This document shows positions 24,534 to 34,060 of a DNA stretch of 36,698 nt, piece after piece. How positions within the stretch are numbered: position 1 is the stretch's first letter; every line of letters begins with the position of its first letter. Under the pieces are notes generated by a model. It did not search any database and had not been told where the DNA came from. It saw only the letters and a program-made list of their open reading frames with translations. Source of the stretch: a virus (lineage: Duplodnaviria > Caudoviricetes); the IMG/VR virus record IMGVR_UViG_3300032327_000087, positions 1 through 36,698 of that record; one strand, 5' to 3'. The position numbers and the translations under genes were made by a program.

Positions 24534-25042
24534 GATATTTCCTTATTGCCAAATGAAGCAATTAAGCCTAAGTCATTGTAACTTGGGGCTATTACTTCGG
24601 CTTCCATTTTGTCAAGATTTTCTTCGCCAACGTGTTCAGTTAAGTGAACTGTTGTCCAAAGCGTATCTTCTTCGGCGTACACGGCGCGCTTGAGCCCGAC
24701 TTCTGAGATAAACGTACAAGGTGCTTCTAAATGTTTTTCACCAAACTCAGTAAAGACTGTAACTTTGCCCTTAGAGATAAAATTCAAATGCTGGTGGCGG
24801 TGAATTTTACCAATGATTAGCGTTCCTTTTGGGATTAGCATTTCGCGGGCATAGGTACAACATCCGTACTTTTCGTCTTTGGGCGTAAAGTAGTGCTTAA
24901 GCGTACAGTTTTCTAGCGTCGAGGGGATTGCGCCCTCGGCAATTAACTTTTCCATGCCTTCTTGCACAGTCATAATGTCTTGTCTAAATTTAATTTTAGC
25001 GGCTGTGTTTTGAAACAACGTGGAATCGTAAGTTATTTTCAT
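24530..25042 (-). CDS. Cupin-fold-like protein
   Basis: YAREMLIPKGTLIIGKIHRHQHLNFISKG...KRAVYAEEDTLWTTVH. Confidence 0.6.
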   Translation of the reverse strand: MKITYDSTLFQNTAAKIKFRQDIMTVQEGMEKLIAEGAIPSTLENCTLKHYFTPKDEKYGCCTYAREMLIPKGTLIIGKIHRHQHLNFISKGKVTVFTEFGEKHLEAPCTFISEVGLKRAVYAEEDTLWTTVHLTEHVGEENLDKMEAEVIAPSYNDLGLIASFGNKEIS

Positions 25043-25842
25043 GTCTGCAAGTTTGCCGATGAGTTAAAGACGTGAGTCGAGTAGCCGTTGACTAACGAGT
25101 AAGTGCCGCCGGTCATGCGTTGTGGGCCGAGATAACGGATAGCGATAAAGCCTGAACCGCCGTTTGAGCCAACTCCCGCACCAAGACCGCCGCCCCCGCC
25201 ACCGCCGGTATTGGGCGTACCCGCATTGCCTGTTCCGCCACCAGCAGTTGTTCCGCCAATACCGCCACCACCTGCGCCTCCTGCACCGCCTTCGCACCCG
25301 CCTCCACCGCCACCTCTAGTAACCGCCGTGCCGGTGATTGAAGATGAAAGTCCAGCGCCACCACCAAGGCCTCCCCCTGCGCCTGCGCCGCCGCCGCCGC
25401 CTGAAGTTGAATCAACTGTACCTGGGGCGCCTGAATTGCCTTGTCCTGATGTGCCAGCGCCGCCGCTACCCGCTGCGCCGCCGCCGCCGGTTACACCGCC
25501 ACCACCTCCCGAGCCACCGGTTTTTCCGTTAAGGCTACCATCATATCCCCCACCACCGCCGCCAAGCGATACTATGCCCGCCAACGATGAATTGCTGCCG
25601 TTTGCGCCGCCTGGACGACCGCCTGTACCGCCCGCGCCAATTACAACAGAATAAAGAGTGCCGCTAGTTAAATTAAAAGTGCCTGTCCGATAGCCGCCTG
25701 CACCGCCACCACCACCGTTGTAAAACGAATACGCGCCCGCGCCGCCGCCGCCAATAATGAGGTATTCAATAGGGATTAATGCGTTTGTGCCAAAGCCAAA
25801 CGCGCCCGAGGCTGCTACACCAATGGTCGATAAGCGTGGCAT
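25039..25842 (-). CDS. Glycine-rich tail-associated protein, possible adhesin
   Basis: EYLIIGGGGAG...GGGGAGG...NTGGGGGG...GGSGFIAIRY with many poly-Gly runs. Confidence 0.75.
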   Translation of the reverse strand: MPRLSTIGVAASGAFGFGTNALIPIEYLIIGGGGAGAYSFYNGGGGGAGGYRTGTFNLTSGTLYSVVIGAGGTGGRPGGANGSNSSLAGIVSLGGGGGGYDGSLNGKTGGSGGGGGVTGGGGAAGSGGAGTSGQGNSGAPGTVDSTSGGGGGAGAGGGLGGGAGLSSSITGTAVTRGGGGGGCEGGAGGAGGGGIGGTTAGGGTGNAGTPNTGGGGGGGLGAGVGSNGGSGFIAIRYLGPQRMTGGTYSLVNGYSTHVFNSSANLQT

Positions 25843-26808
25843 CTATGCGTACCTTGTTTGCGAGGCCAACACGGTAAACAATGCATTGGCAGTTTTGATA
25901 ATGGCGTAAGTGTAAGTATCTACCGAGTTAATGTTACCGGCGTTGGGCGTAATACCGCTTTGCCATTTAGGCGTGACCGCTACGCCGTCAATGGTGACCG
26001 CGCTGTTGTAGTAAGCGGTAGCACCTTGGGTTGCCATAAAAGTAACCGTAATGGTCTGCCCGATAGCCATCAAACTGTTTAGAGTTGCCGAGGACAACGC
26101 CCTAAAGTTCATTGTCCAATTGGCAGTTGCAGCAGTCGTGTAGTACACAATGGATTGTGTTGCTACATCGTAATTGATTGTGCCGGTTGAGGCGGTTGCC
26201 GAAATAGTAGTTGGCTCAACAATGTATTTGAAATTGTTGTTGGTGACGTTAAGCAACTGGAAACGCGTACCGTCGTACTCAATCAACGTAAGCGCACCGG
26301 CAATGATGTCACCCGCCGCCAAAGGCGTTGTGCCAAACTTGGTAATTGACTTTACTCCAAGCGTGTCAATGTCAATGGTGACCGCAGCGGTATTAGAATT
26401 TTGAGCAATAAAACTAAATTGAGCGCCACTAGCATACCCGCCTAAAGTAGGTGTTGCTAAACCTGTCAACGCGTTTGTACCGGCAACCGTAATCAGATTG
26501 CTAACGCTGGTTGTGTCGTTAATTGCGGGGATACTGTCGTAGGTGCCAATTTGAACGTAAGTTGAAGACTTCAACACAAACTTGTACAACACTCCGCCAT
26601 CAAGCCACACTTCAGCCGGTGTGCGCCCTGCGGCGTCCAACACGATTGGGTTGGTGTTGTTTGCCGCGCCCGAGCGTGAGGTGTAAGTCGTGGCTGGCGT
26701 AGTGGTGCCGGACAAATAGCTGTACAGCAAACCGCCGGTAAGCGGTGCGCCATTAGCATCTAAGAATTGAGCGCCCGCACCGGCAAAGGCTGAAAGATTG
26801 ATGGACAT
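25843..26808 (-). CDS. Tail fiber/spike protein
   Basis: N-terminal QFLDANGAPLTGG...NPIVLDAAGR virion-attachment-type domain; Thr-rich beta C-terminal domain. Confidence 0.75.
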   Translation of the reverse strand: MSINLSAFAGAGAQFLDANGAPLTGGLLYSYLSGTTTPATTYTSRSGAANNTNPIVLDAAGRTPAEVWLDGGVLYKFVLKSSTYVQIGTYDSIPAINDTTSVSNLITVAGTNALTGLATPTLGGYASGAQFSFIAQNSNTAAVTIDIDTLGVKSITKFGTTPLAAGDIIAGALTLIEYDGTRFQLLNVTNNNFKYIVEPTTISATASTGTINYDVATQSIVYYTTAATANWTMNFRALSSATLNSLMAIGQTITVTFMATQGATAYYNSAVTIDGVAVTPKWQSGITPNAGNINSVDTYTYAIIKTANALFTVLASQTRYA

Positions 26809-27017
26809 TAAACTATTCCTGTAATGATGCCGTTGACCACGGTTATGGTTTTAGGTATGGTATCCGCGCTTTTAAACGTTCCTGTCGCACCACCCGCGCC
26901 CCCGCCCAATTGTTCGTAAACCGCGTTAAGAAATCGAAACCACTCGCGGGAAATTAAACCTGTGTTGTCATCAATAAGTGGCACACGGGGGGCAGGGATT
27001 TGAGTAATGTTGTTCAT
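26808..27017 (-). CDS. Small tail protein (gp26 needle-like position)
   Basis: Directly after the gp10-like gene; IPAPRVPL...SREWFRFL; ends ITVVNGIITGI. Confidence 0.6.
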   Translation of the reverse strand: MNNITQIPAPRVPLIDDNTGLISREWFRFLNAVYEQLGGGAGGATGTFKSADTIPKTITVVNGIITGIV

Positions 27018-28540
27018 GCTTTGGTCGCCGTCACATCAAGTTCAGCCGCCATGATGGCAATCTTGACCGGATCGGTGCCTGAAATCTCATACACCCGATC
27101 ACGCAACTTTTCAGTCATCCCAAGGCGACGCCAAAAGACGCGAGTGCCGTATTCGCCTACGCCGCCCATCGTGCGCCAATGTTCGTTTGACCATGTGTGA
27201 CCGCCGTCATCTGACCAACGCAACATGACTTGGGGTTGCACAAAGTTGTCCACTTTGTTAATAATTTCAATTTGATCAACAATACCAACCGAGCCGGACA
27301 CAATAAAAGGGCTTAGGTAAACACGACCAGGCACCTCGACTACGCCTGGCAAGCCTACGCCGGTTTCGCAATCCAGTTGCAACGAATGCTGCGCGGTGCG
27401 CTTAAGCGTATTGGTGCCCGTAGGCAGCGCGCGCCATGAGCGTAACCATTTTTGAGCGCGAGGGCCGTCTGAATAAACTTTTAAGTCAAACGCATACAGA
27501 TTGCCGTTTTGAAAATCACCTACGATAACTTGGCTATTAAAAAACATTTGGCAATTGCTGCGATGACGACTAAAAAGGTCGTTAGTAAAACTTGCTCGCT
27601 CATGCCATGCTTGCGCTGCAATGTCGTAGACCCAAGTCGCTTGTGCGGTAGGAAATGTCAGCACATAAAACGAATGACCGTCTTGCTGATAAGTGTAGGC
27701 AATGGCATCCGAGATATTGCCGTATTGTTGAATCTGCCATTCAATAGCGTGGGTGCTAATACGCAACCCTGTGTAGCCTTGCGAGCGATAAACAATGCCT
27801 TGCCCACGGTTATCTGCACCTAACCAAAACAGTCCATTATCCAATTTGGCAACGGAAAATGTTGCAGCGCAACCGATTTCGTTAAACGCCCCTTGGATTC
27901 GTTGTAAGGGAAAACCCGCGCCTAGCGCAGCGTTGTACCAAACCTCGACTGATGTTGTGCCAAACAGCCAAACTTCAGAATGGTCTGTAATGGATGACAC
28001 CAAGTTGTCAGGGTTGCCTTCTGCGCTTGCAAAATCAAGAGGGTCGATAGATAGTGGGTCAAGCAACGCAGTCACCCATACGCGCTGGCTATTGGGTTCT
28101 ATGAACACAAAATAGCCGTCAAGATACGATACGGTTAATGCGCCAGGGAAATCGGGGTCAGTAATCTGACCAAACGCGCTTGTTGTGGCGTTGTAAACAA
28201 AACTTGGCCCATTGCAAGCCACAAATAATTGAGTACCGTTGTCTGACATTGACACGGGGCCGTCATTAGCAACCGTGCCTAAATAAGTAATGTTGTATTG
28301 CGAATCTAGGCGGTACAACGTATTGCCCGACACAACGTAGGCGTAACCGCCATATTGCCACAAGCCCCGCACAGGGCCGGTGCCAACAGGTGTAATCAAC
28401 CGCAGCCCAGGTGCGCGGTTTAAAAACGCGGGTTCTTTACCGCCCTCGGCGACAATCTCAGGAAACAGATTGACCATGCGGTTGTTAGCAGCGTTAATGC
28501 TGCGCGCTACATACGCCGAGCCAAGGATAGGCGACTTCAT
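27014..28540 (-). CDS. Packaged-DNA stabilization/tail hub protein (P22 gp10-like)
   Basis: VNLFPE, LDGYFVF, FASAEGNPD, WVYD...WHER, WSDDGGHTWS, WRRLG. Confidence 0.88.
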   Translation of the reverse strand: MKSPILGSAYVARSINAANNRMVNLFPEIVAEGGKEPAFLNRAPGLRLITPVGTGPVRGLWQYGGYAYVVSGNTLYRLDSQYNITYLGTVANDGPVSMSDNGTQLFVACNGPSFVYNATTSAFGQITDPDFPGALTVSYLDGYFVFIEPNSQRVWVTALLDPLSIDPLDFASAEGNPDNLVSSITDHSEVWLFGTTSVEVWYNAALGAGFPLQRIQGAFNEIGCAATFSVAKLDNGLFWLGADNRGQGIVYRSQGYTGLRISTHAIEWQIQQYGNISDAIAYTYQQDGHSFYVLTFPTAQATWVYDIAAQAWHERASFTNDLFSRHRSNCQMFFNSQVIVGDFQNGNLYAFDLKVYSDGPRAQKWLRSWRALPTGTNTLKRTAQHSLQLDCETGVGLPGVVEVPGRVYLSPFIVSGSVGIVDQIEIINKVDNFVQPQVMLRWSDDGGHTWSNEHWRTMGGVGEYGTRVFWRRLGMTEKLRDRVYEISGTDPVKIAIMAAELDVTATKA

Positions 28541-29256
28541 TAGTAGTTCCCTGCGAATATATTGAATCGCTGACGCGTTGCAACAATCGAATAGGGCAAC
28601 GACATAATATCGTCGGGGTTGTTGATGCGCTTCAGGTTGCGTTTAGAGTACATAGCAATCCGCGACACTTGGGCAGATGGCTCCACGCCAAACTCAGGTG
28701 CAAGTTCACACGCCAAGTTGTAGCGAAAGGCGCGAAGGTAGCCTGGAGGAAATGCCAAGGGGGTAGATAACAACGCGGGGGTATCTAAGGGGTCAACGCT
28801 AATGAAATGCCACTCTAGCACCTTAGTAGGAACCGGATAGACGTGCAGATCAACGTCAGGGTAATTGGTGTTAATCCACATGACTTGTGGATAGGTGGAC
28901 GTGACTGTTTTAACTGCAATCCCGTCGTATTGCTGTTGGTTGATCAATTTAATACCAAACGAAATACCGTTGGCAGGGTCGATAAAGTATGTGGCGTCAT
29001 CCAATAAAATTGGGCGCTTACCAACAAAGTCACCCGTGGGGCCAAGCGTTTGGTTAATCTTGCCTGGGGGCCACATAAAAATTTGTTCTTGGGTTGTAAA
29101 AATGGACAACCGTTCGGTTGACCATGAGTCAATCATTTGATTGAGCGCGGCTAACGCATCATTAGCAGTCGCCGCCGACGGCTCTTCAGCCTCAGCCAGT
29201 TGACCGATTAGGCGTAGCGCCCCATTAATTTGATCACCGGCTGTGGTTGTGGCCAT
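28540..29256 (-). CDS. Head-to-tail adaptor (P22 gp4-like)
   Basis: TAGDQINGALRLIG...ALAALNQMIDSW...YNLACELAPEFG; synteny. Confidence 0.8.
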   Translation of the reverse strand: MATTTAGDQINGALRLIGQLAEAEEPSAATANDALAALNQMIDSWSTERLSIFTTQEQIFMWPPGKINQTLGPTGDFVGKRPILLDDATYFIDPANGISFGIKLINQQQYDGIAVKTVTSTYPQVMWINTNYPDVDLHVYPVPTKVLEWHFISVDPLDTPALLSTPLAFPPGYLRAFRYNLACELAPEFGVEPSAQVSRIAMYSKRNLKRINNPDDIMSLPYSIVATRQRFNIFAGNY

Positions 29257-29258
29257 GC

Positions 29259-29423
29259 CTACTCCGTTTTACGACGTCGTTTTAACTCATTCACAGGCGC
29301 AGCCTCTACTACCGGTGCGTCTAAATTATATACTTCCCAACCGTTTTGAACGTCAACTTCAGCTTCCATATCAGAAATTGCTACCTTGCTGCCGTGTACG
29401 GGGTGCTTGAGATAAATGTGCAT
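29259..29423 (-). CDS. Small hypothetical protein (54 aa)
   Basis: MHIYLKHPVHGSKVAISDMEAEVDVQNGW...KRRRKTE; AAGGA SD. Confidence 0.72.
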   Translation of the reverse strand: MHIYLKHPVHGSKVAISDMEAEVDVQNGWEVYNLDAPVVEAAPVNELKRRRKTE

Positions 29424-29438
29424 TTAGAATCCTTTTGC

Positions 29439-29463
29439 GAGGGGTGAGGATCACCCACCCCTC
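29439..29463 (-). other. Intergenic stem-loop without a U-tract
   Basis: GAGGGGTG...CACCCCTC 8-bp inverted repeat just after the 29470 stop. Confidence 0.5.
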
Positions 29464-29469
29464 TACGCA

Positions 29470-29865
29470 TTAACCAGCGATGCGGTAAGCGACGTAAGTT
29501 GCGTCAGCGGTCTTGCGAACGCGCCAATTGCACGATGTTGCAGCCGAAACAGCAGCAGTACCAACCAAGGTAACGCCGGTGTTAGCGGTTACGGTTGCAG
29601 CGTTGGTTGCGCCCGTGTTAATAATATAAAAATCAAACGAACTGTTGACTTTCATACTGGCAAAAGCAGCGTCAAGATCGGCGCCCGTTGGTACTGTTAA
29701 GTTAACGGCGGCACCTGTGTAAGTGATGATACCGTTTGCCAATTCAGCGGCGGTCAGAGTAGCCGCTGCTGTTTTAGCAATAGGTGCTGATTGAACTGAA
29801 AGAATAACCTCATTGAGGTTACCGTCACCAAGCTGATAGCCGCCTGCGCCATTTGGAAGTGCCAT
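29470..29865 (-). CDS. Putative capsid decoration/minor head protein
   Basis: 131 aa, Ala/Thr-rich, directly downstream of the coat gene, AAAGGA SD. Confidence 0.55.
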   Translation of the reverse strand: MALPNGAGGYQLGDGNLNEVILSVQSAPIAKTAAATLTAAELANGIITYTGAAVNLTVPTGADLDAAFASMKVNSSFDFYIINTGATNAATVTANTGVTLVGTAAVSAATSCNWRVRKTADATYVAYRIAG

Positions 29866-29885
29866 GATGAAATTCCTTTAAAAAG

Positions 29886-29910
29886 TTTAGAAGAGGGGGC
29901 TTGCGCCCCC
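29886..29910 (-). terminator. Hairpin, possibly a weak terminator, after the major capsid gene
   Basis: GGGGGC-GCAA-GCCCCC followed by TCTTCT on the - strand. Confidence 0.5.
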
Positions 29911-29917
29911 ACTCTGT

Positions 29918-31126
29918 TTAGCCCCACATACGCACGGCTGTGATCGGACGGATTGCTGCAAAACCGTACAAGACGTCTACACGGCAAGGCATACGGTCGT
30001 TGTTGATGTCGTACTGACGTACGATACGCAACGAAATACCGTTATGCACTTGGCGTGAAGCCATGTCCACACCCTGTGGCAACAGCAAGTCAGCAGTAGC
30101 CAACGTGATCGCATCTTTGTGATAGACCAAGTTTTGTGGGTACGCTGTAGCCGATCCACCCAAGAACACCAACGCGGCGCTGGCTGCGGGGAATGAATCC
30201 ACGGTGGCCAAAGCATTTGTAGGAGTATAAATTGCTGGGCTGATTGACAGCGTTGCGGTAGTTGTTGACGAAACAGTTACGTCAGCAGTTACGACAAATT
30301 GCTGCAAAGAGCCAGTTGTTTGACGGGTTTGTGGGTTGACTGCAAACACACCGGCGATGGTGAACACGTCACCAATCTTAAACGTGGGTGAGCCGCTAGT
30401 AAAGCTGATTGACAATGAAGTTGAACCTTGTGCAGTAACCGCAGTTGCCACGATAGGCGACGTAGGTGTAACACCGGTTGTGTGCTGAACAATTGATTGC
30501 GACATATTGATTTCGTCTAAGCCCAACACGCCTTCGCCCATCATGCCGTTTTTGAACTGACGGCTGATAGTTGCAGTTGGGTTAAACAGACTCTTCAAAC
30601 CTTCAACCAAACCGGCGTTGGCGGCTGGGTTAACAGTCGCATAACGTGTGTTCATGGGGGTGGCAAACTCGTTTAACTTTTGCTGTGCTTGGAGCAGAAC
30701 CAGCGAAGTCGAAGGAGTTGAACCAGGTGTACCAACAGCGTTGTAAATGTTTTTGTAAACAGATGCAACGTCAGCGTCAACGCTTGATGCCAACTGGCTT
30801 ACGCGAGGCTTGAGAACACGCTCGGCAAAGTCATCCAACTGCATGGTGAGTTCGGCAGAAGTGAAGTTCACACCAATGTGTTTTTGACTTGCGACAGTCA
30901 AAGTTGTGAACTGTTCGTTGTCGTCTTGCACTTGCAAGGCGGCACCGTCAGTTACCAACGCGCGGTCGGGTAGACGAATACGCAGGGTTGAACCAATTTT
31001 TGCGCCTTCAATGGCGAAGGAATCGTCGTACTGACGATTGACGTTGCGACTGATCACCAAATTGTTCTCGAGGATTTCGAGGGATTTACGGGTGATCATG
31101 TCAATGGTTAGAATGCTATTGGCCAT
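29918..31126 (-). CDS. Major capsid protein, P22 coat (gp5) family
   Basis: MANSILT...LENNLV...KIGSTLRIRLP...NLVYHKDAITLATADL...RVDVLYG; follows the scaffold gene. Confidence 0.92.
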   Translation of the reverse strand: MANSILTIDMITRKSLEILENNLVISRNVNRQYDDSFAIEGAKIGSTLRIRLPDRALVTDGAALQVQDDNEQFTTLTVASQKHIGVNFTSAELTMQLDDFAERVLKPRVSQLASSVDADVASVYKNIYNAVGTPGSTPSTSLVLLQAQQKLNEFATPMNTRYATVNPAANAGLVEGLKSLFNPTATISRQFKNGMMGEGVLGLDEINMSQSIVQHTTGVTPTSPIVATAVTAQGSTSLSISFTSGSPTFKIGDVFTIAGVFAVNPQTRQTTGSLQQFVVTADVTVSSTTTATLSISPAIYTPTNALATVDSFPAASAALVFLGGSATAYPQNLVYHKDAITLATADLLLPQGVDMASRQVHNGISLRIVRQYDINNDRMPCRVDVLYGFAAIRPITAVRMWG

Positions 31127-31145
31127 GATAATTTCCTAAAATAAG

Positions 31146-31901
31146 TTAGCGGAGGTTACGCGCTTCGTGCTTCTTTACCTGTCTTGCTCTTTCTGCTTCA
31201 ATCCAATCTGACGTGGACATTGACTTAATAGAGCGTGGATCAGTCGTATCGTATGCCGGTGAACCGGATGATCGTGCTGATACAGGTGAAATTGGCGCTG
31301 GTGCGTTTGAAGTCTTTTTGACCGGTGGGTTTGCGGCTAACTGAGCCTCAATCTTCCCGATCTCTTTGGCTTGCATGATAGGCGAAAGACGTGAAATCCG
31401 TTCCGCTTCTCGGGGGTTTGCACCTAAGTGGTAAGCCACTTCGGGGCCATTGTCCGAGGCCTGAATAGATTGGGCCATCACGGTAGTAATCGGCAGATTC
31501 GGGTTGTATGCGACTTGTTCAAAGTCATCATACTTTGCACGAACTTCCTCTTCCTTGTCGTGATAGGTTTCGAGTATTTCAGCTTGTTGTCTGCGCTGAT
31601 CTCGCTCGGCTAATTTTTGCTCCGCACGTTGCTCTGCCAAGGCTTCGACATAATCTTCGTTTGAAGCAAACTGCTCGGGCGTAACCGGTGCTTGCTGCAC
31701 AACAGGTTGAACTGCTCTTTCCCTTTCCCACTTTCGCTGCTCGCGTGCGAGCCGCTTGCCGATGGCTGCGTCTAATTCCTCTTGTGAGAAGGTCTTAGGT
31801 GCTGCTTCGGGTACTTCCGGCGCAGATACTTCAACTACCGGTTCTGCCGTAACTTCCGGTGTCGGCGCGGGTACTTCCGCTGAACTTACTTCTTCTGACA
31901 T
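31146..31901 (-). CDS. Scaffolding protein
   Basis: Acidic Pro-rich N-terminus, KTFSQEELDAAI, coiled coil, GPEVAYHLG, C-terminal MSTSDWIEAER; upstream of the coat gene. Confidence 0.82.
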   Translation of the reverse strand: MSEEVSSAEVPAPTPEVTAEPVVEVSAPEVPEAAPKTFSQEELDAAIGKRLAREQRKWERERAVQPVVQQAPVTPEQFASNEDYVEALAEQRAEQKLAERDQRRQQAEILETYHDKEEEVRAKYDDFEQVAYNPNLPITTVMAQSIQASDNGPEVAYHLGANPREAERISRLSPIMQAKEIGKIEAQLAANPPVKKTSNAPAPISPVSARSSGSPAYDTTDPRSIKSMSTSDWIEAERARQVKKHEARNLR

Positions 31902-31905
31902 TTGT

Positions 31906-31949
31906 AACTCCGAGGAGTCCTGGTGGATCGCACCAGTACGATTAGTATA
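31906..31949 (-). promoter_or_regulatory. Scaffold leader: -10 element plus two hairpins, one covering the SD
   Basis: TATACT (31949-31944), CTGGTG-cgatc-CACCAG, then GACTC-ctcg-GAGTT containing GGAG just before the ATG. Confidence 0.55.
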
Positions 31950-31958
31950 TTACTTAGA

Positions 31959-32447
31959 CTATACGGGTGCAACATAATTCGGATCGTGCGCCCAAACCAC
32001 GGGTGGCAGGGCGGCTAACTGGTCAATCGTTGTGCATTCGTTAATGGTAATAATTCGGTTACCACATTGTGTTCGAATGTCTTGTCGCCATGTATTCCAT
32101 GCAAACGGAATAGTTGATTTGGTTTCGTAACTTTTAACCACTCGCCAATCTGAGGGTTGCAAAAGTGAGTACGCTTGCGCTTGCACGGCGTTGACCGCTT
32201 GCATCTGGCACTCAAACAAGTCTTTTGGTGTATTGATGTAAGTGATTTGTGCGCCGTTAATTGTTTCTGTAACGGTGTAAAAGTAAGTATTGGCGGGTTC
32301 ATTTGTATACGTTACTATTTGCGCGCCAATAGCCGCCATGTCTTCTGCGGTTGCAAGTGCAAACCAATTTTCGGGGTATTGATTGCCGTCAAAAGTAAAC
32401 GGGGTGCCTTGCCCAATGTAACGACCATCAGAAAGTAAGTAAATCAT
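31959..32447 (-). CDS. Tail fiber assembly/chaperone-like protein
   Basis: QYPENW; LLQPSDWRV...WNTWRQDIR...LPPVVW; follows the fiber genes. Confidence 0.62.
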   Translation of the reverse strand: MIYLLSDGRYIGQGTPFTFDGNQYPENWFALATAEDMAAIGAQIVTYTNEPANTYFYTVTETINGAQITYINTPKDLFECQMQAVNAVQAQAYSLLQPSDWRVVKSYETKSTIPFAWNTWRQDIRTQCGNRIITINECTTIDQLAALPPVVWAHDPNYVAPV

Positions 32448-34060
32448 TAGGGGTTTCCTTGAGCATTAGCGTTTTTAAATACCGCGCCGTTTGTCGTTAC
32501 CGAATAAGTGTTGCTTGTAGCTAAATTATACAAAGCTAACGCTGAACGAACTTTAAAACCGTTAGCAAGTTTATCGGCTTGGGTACCAAAAGTTACCGCA
32601 TTTCCGTTAATTGTCATGGCGGTAGGTACGCCATTAAGATAAACAACTGGCCCATCTGCATTTAAATTGCCCACAAATGAACCGTTGGTTGTAACTGCGC
32701 CCGCCGCAATGTTGTATGTGTTCAGGGCTACAAAACCTGTTGGGGGTGTGTAAGTGAAGGGGCGCTGTCCGAAGTTAATGTTGCCACTAAATGAACCAGA
32801 AGAGTTAATGCCGTAAGTAGAAAAGTAAATTGCTGTTGTAGGGGTAAATGAAATTGCCCCTTGCGATACGTTATTTTTGTAAAACGTAACTTGATTAGAC
32901 GTTGCGTTAAGCGCAATGCCAATTACATCTGTTGCTACATAAGATGAGCCGTAAGAAGTAACAGTATTGTTGACGCATTTTGTGCCATCAGTTCTGTATA
33001 TCACCCCCGCTGTGCGAGTGCTTTCGGATTGTGTGTACGCAATACCCACACCGTCTTGAATCGCCGCTACGTTGCCAATTGTTATTTCACAGTAAAACGA
33101 CCCCGTAGTCACGCCAATAGTTGAGCGACCTACTGAATCGTTTGTTATGTTACCAACAAAAGCTAAATTTCCTTGTGTTAGCGTAGCGTTTTGTGTTCCC
33201 GCTGATGTTGAAATAAACAACGGATTCAACACAGCAAAATTAGCCGCCGTAGCAGACGTCAACGTAGGCTCATCTGTCATGCTGTCATACGTCACACCAG
33301 CCGTTAAGCTGATGTTATTCGTAGTCCAGTAATTACCATTGCCACTAAAGTCTTTACCCAAGCCTACGTTGCTGCTTGTGGTCAGCGCAGAGTTGTCTGT
33401 GAAGGGTAAATAGAAACCGTTTGTGCCGTATGTGCCTGTGTATGCTGCGGGTTGCCATACGCCTGTTGTCGCGTTGGTTGAGCCGAATGATGATGGGGTT
33501 AGGGCTTGACCGTCTATAAGATTGATTTCGGCTAGGTAGCCGTCAAAATAATATATACCGCCTGTTTGGTTTAACCTGCCAATATTAAATACGTTTGTAC
33601 TATTGATGGCAGTATTATCATTTAATGCTGGATAAACTGAATTTGATAAAGCGGTAACTTGTACGCCATTTACATATATCTTTGCACGATTGCTTGCTGT
33701 CGCTTGTGTCGTATCTACGGAAACAACAATATGATACCAAGCAGAAGGATCACGAAAAACCTGAGTAGTTTGTAAAAAAAGACTTGCAGTGTAATTTACG
33801 ATGTATAAAGTATTTGAGGTACTTATTGTGCATTGAATAAAATCTGCATCTGTTGTACCTGCGCCTACACCAAATAACGTCTGTTGCAATGCGCCAGAAA
33901 CAACCCCCCGTTTTACCCACCCACTCCATGTCCAAACTTGCCGATTTCCCGCAACGCTAGGAGTCCGGTTTAAAAACGCAGACGCACTAGCCCTAAGCCG
34001 CAGCGAGCGTGTAAGGTTGTAAATAGGAGCCGCAGAGTTGCTTGCGAGTATTGGAAACAT
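32447..34060 (-). CDS. LamG/ConA-like plus SPRY-like domain protein, likely receptor-binding
   Basis: WTWSGWVKR...FRDPSAWYHIVV...YFDGYLAE; FYCEI...DVIGIALN...FYKN...NFGQRPF. Confidence 0.78.
   Translation of the reverse strand: MFPILASNSAAPIYNLTRSLRLRASASAFLNRTPSVAGNRQVWTWSGWVKRGVVSGALQQTLFGVGAGTTDADFIQCTISTSNTLYIVNYTASLFLQTTQVFRDPSAWYHIVVSVDTTQATASNRAKIYVNGVQVTALSNSVYPALNDNTAINSTNVFNIGRLNQTGGIYYFDGYLAEINLIDGQALTPSSFGSTNATTGVWQPAAYTGTYGTNGFYLPFTDNSALTTSSNVGLGKDFSGNGNYWTTNNISLTAGVTYDSMTDEPTLTSATAANFAVLNPLFISTSAGTQNATLTQGNLAFVGNITNDSVGRSTIGVTTGSFYCEITIGNVAAIQDGVGIAYTQSESTRTAGVIYRTDGTKCVNNTVTSYGSSYVATDVIGIALNATSNQVTFYKNNVSQGAISFTPTTAIYFSTYGINSSGSFSGNINFGQRPFTYTPPTGFVALNTYNIAAGAVTTNGSFVGNLNADGPVVYLNGVPTAMTINGNAVTFGTQADKLANGFKVRSALALYNLATSNTYSVTTNGAVFKNANAQGNP

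Noticed and set aside
25211-25654. Pro-rich 147-aa ORF on the + strand
   Set aside because: It is the antisense shadow of the poly-Gly codons in 25039-25842.
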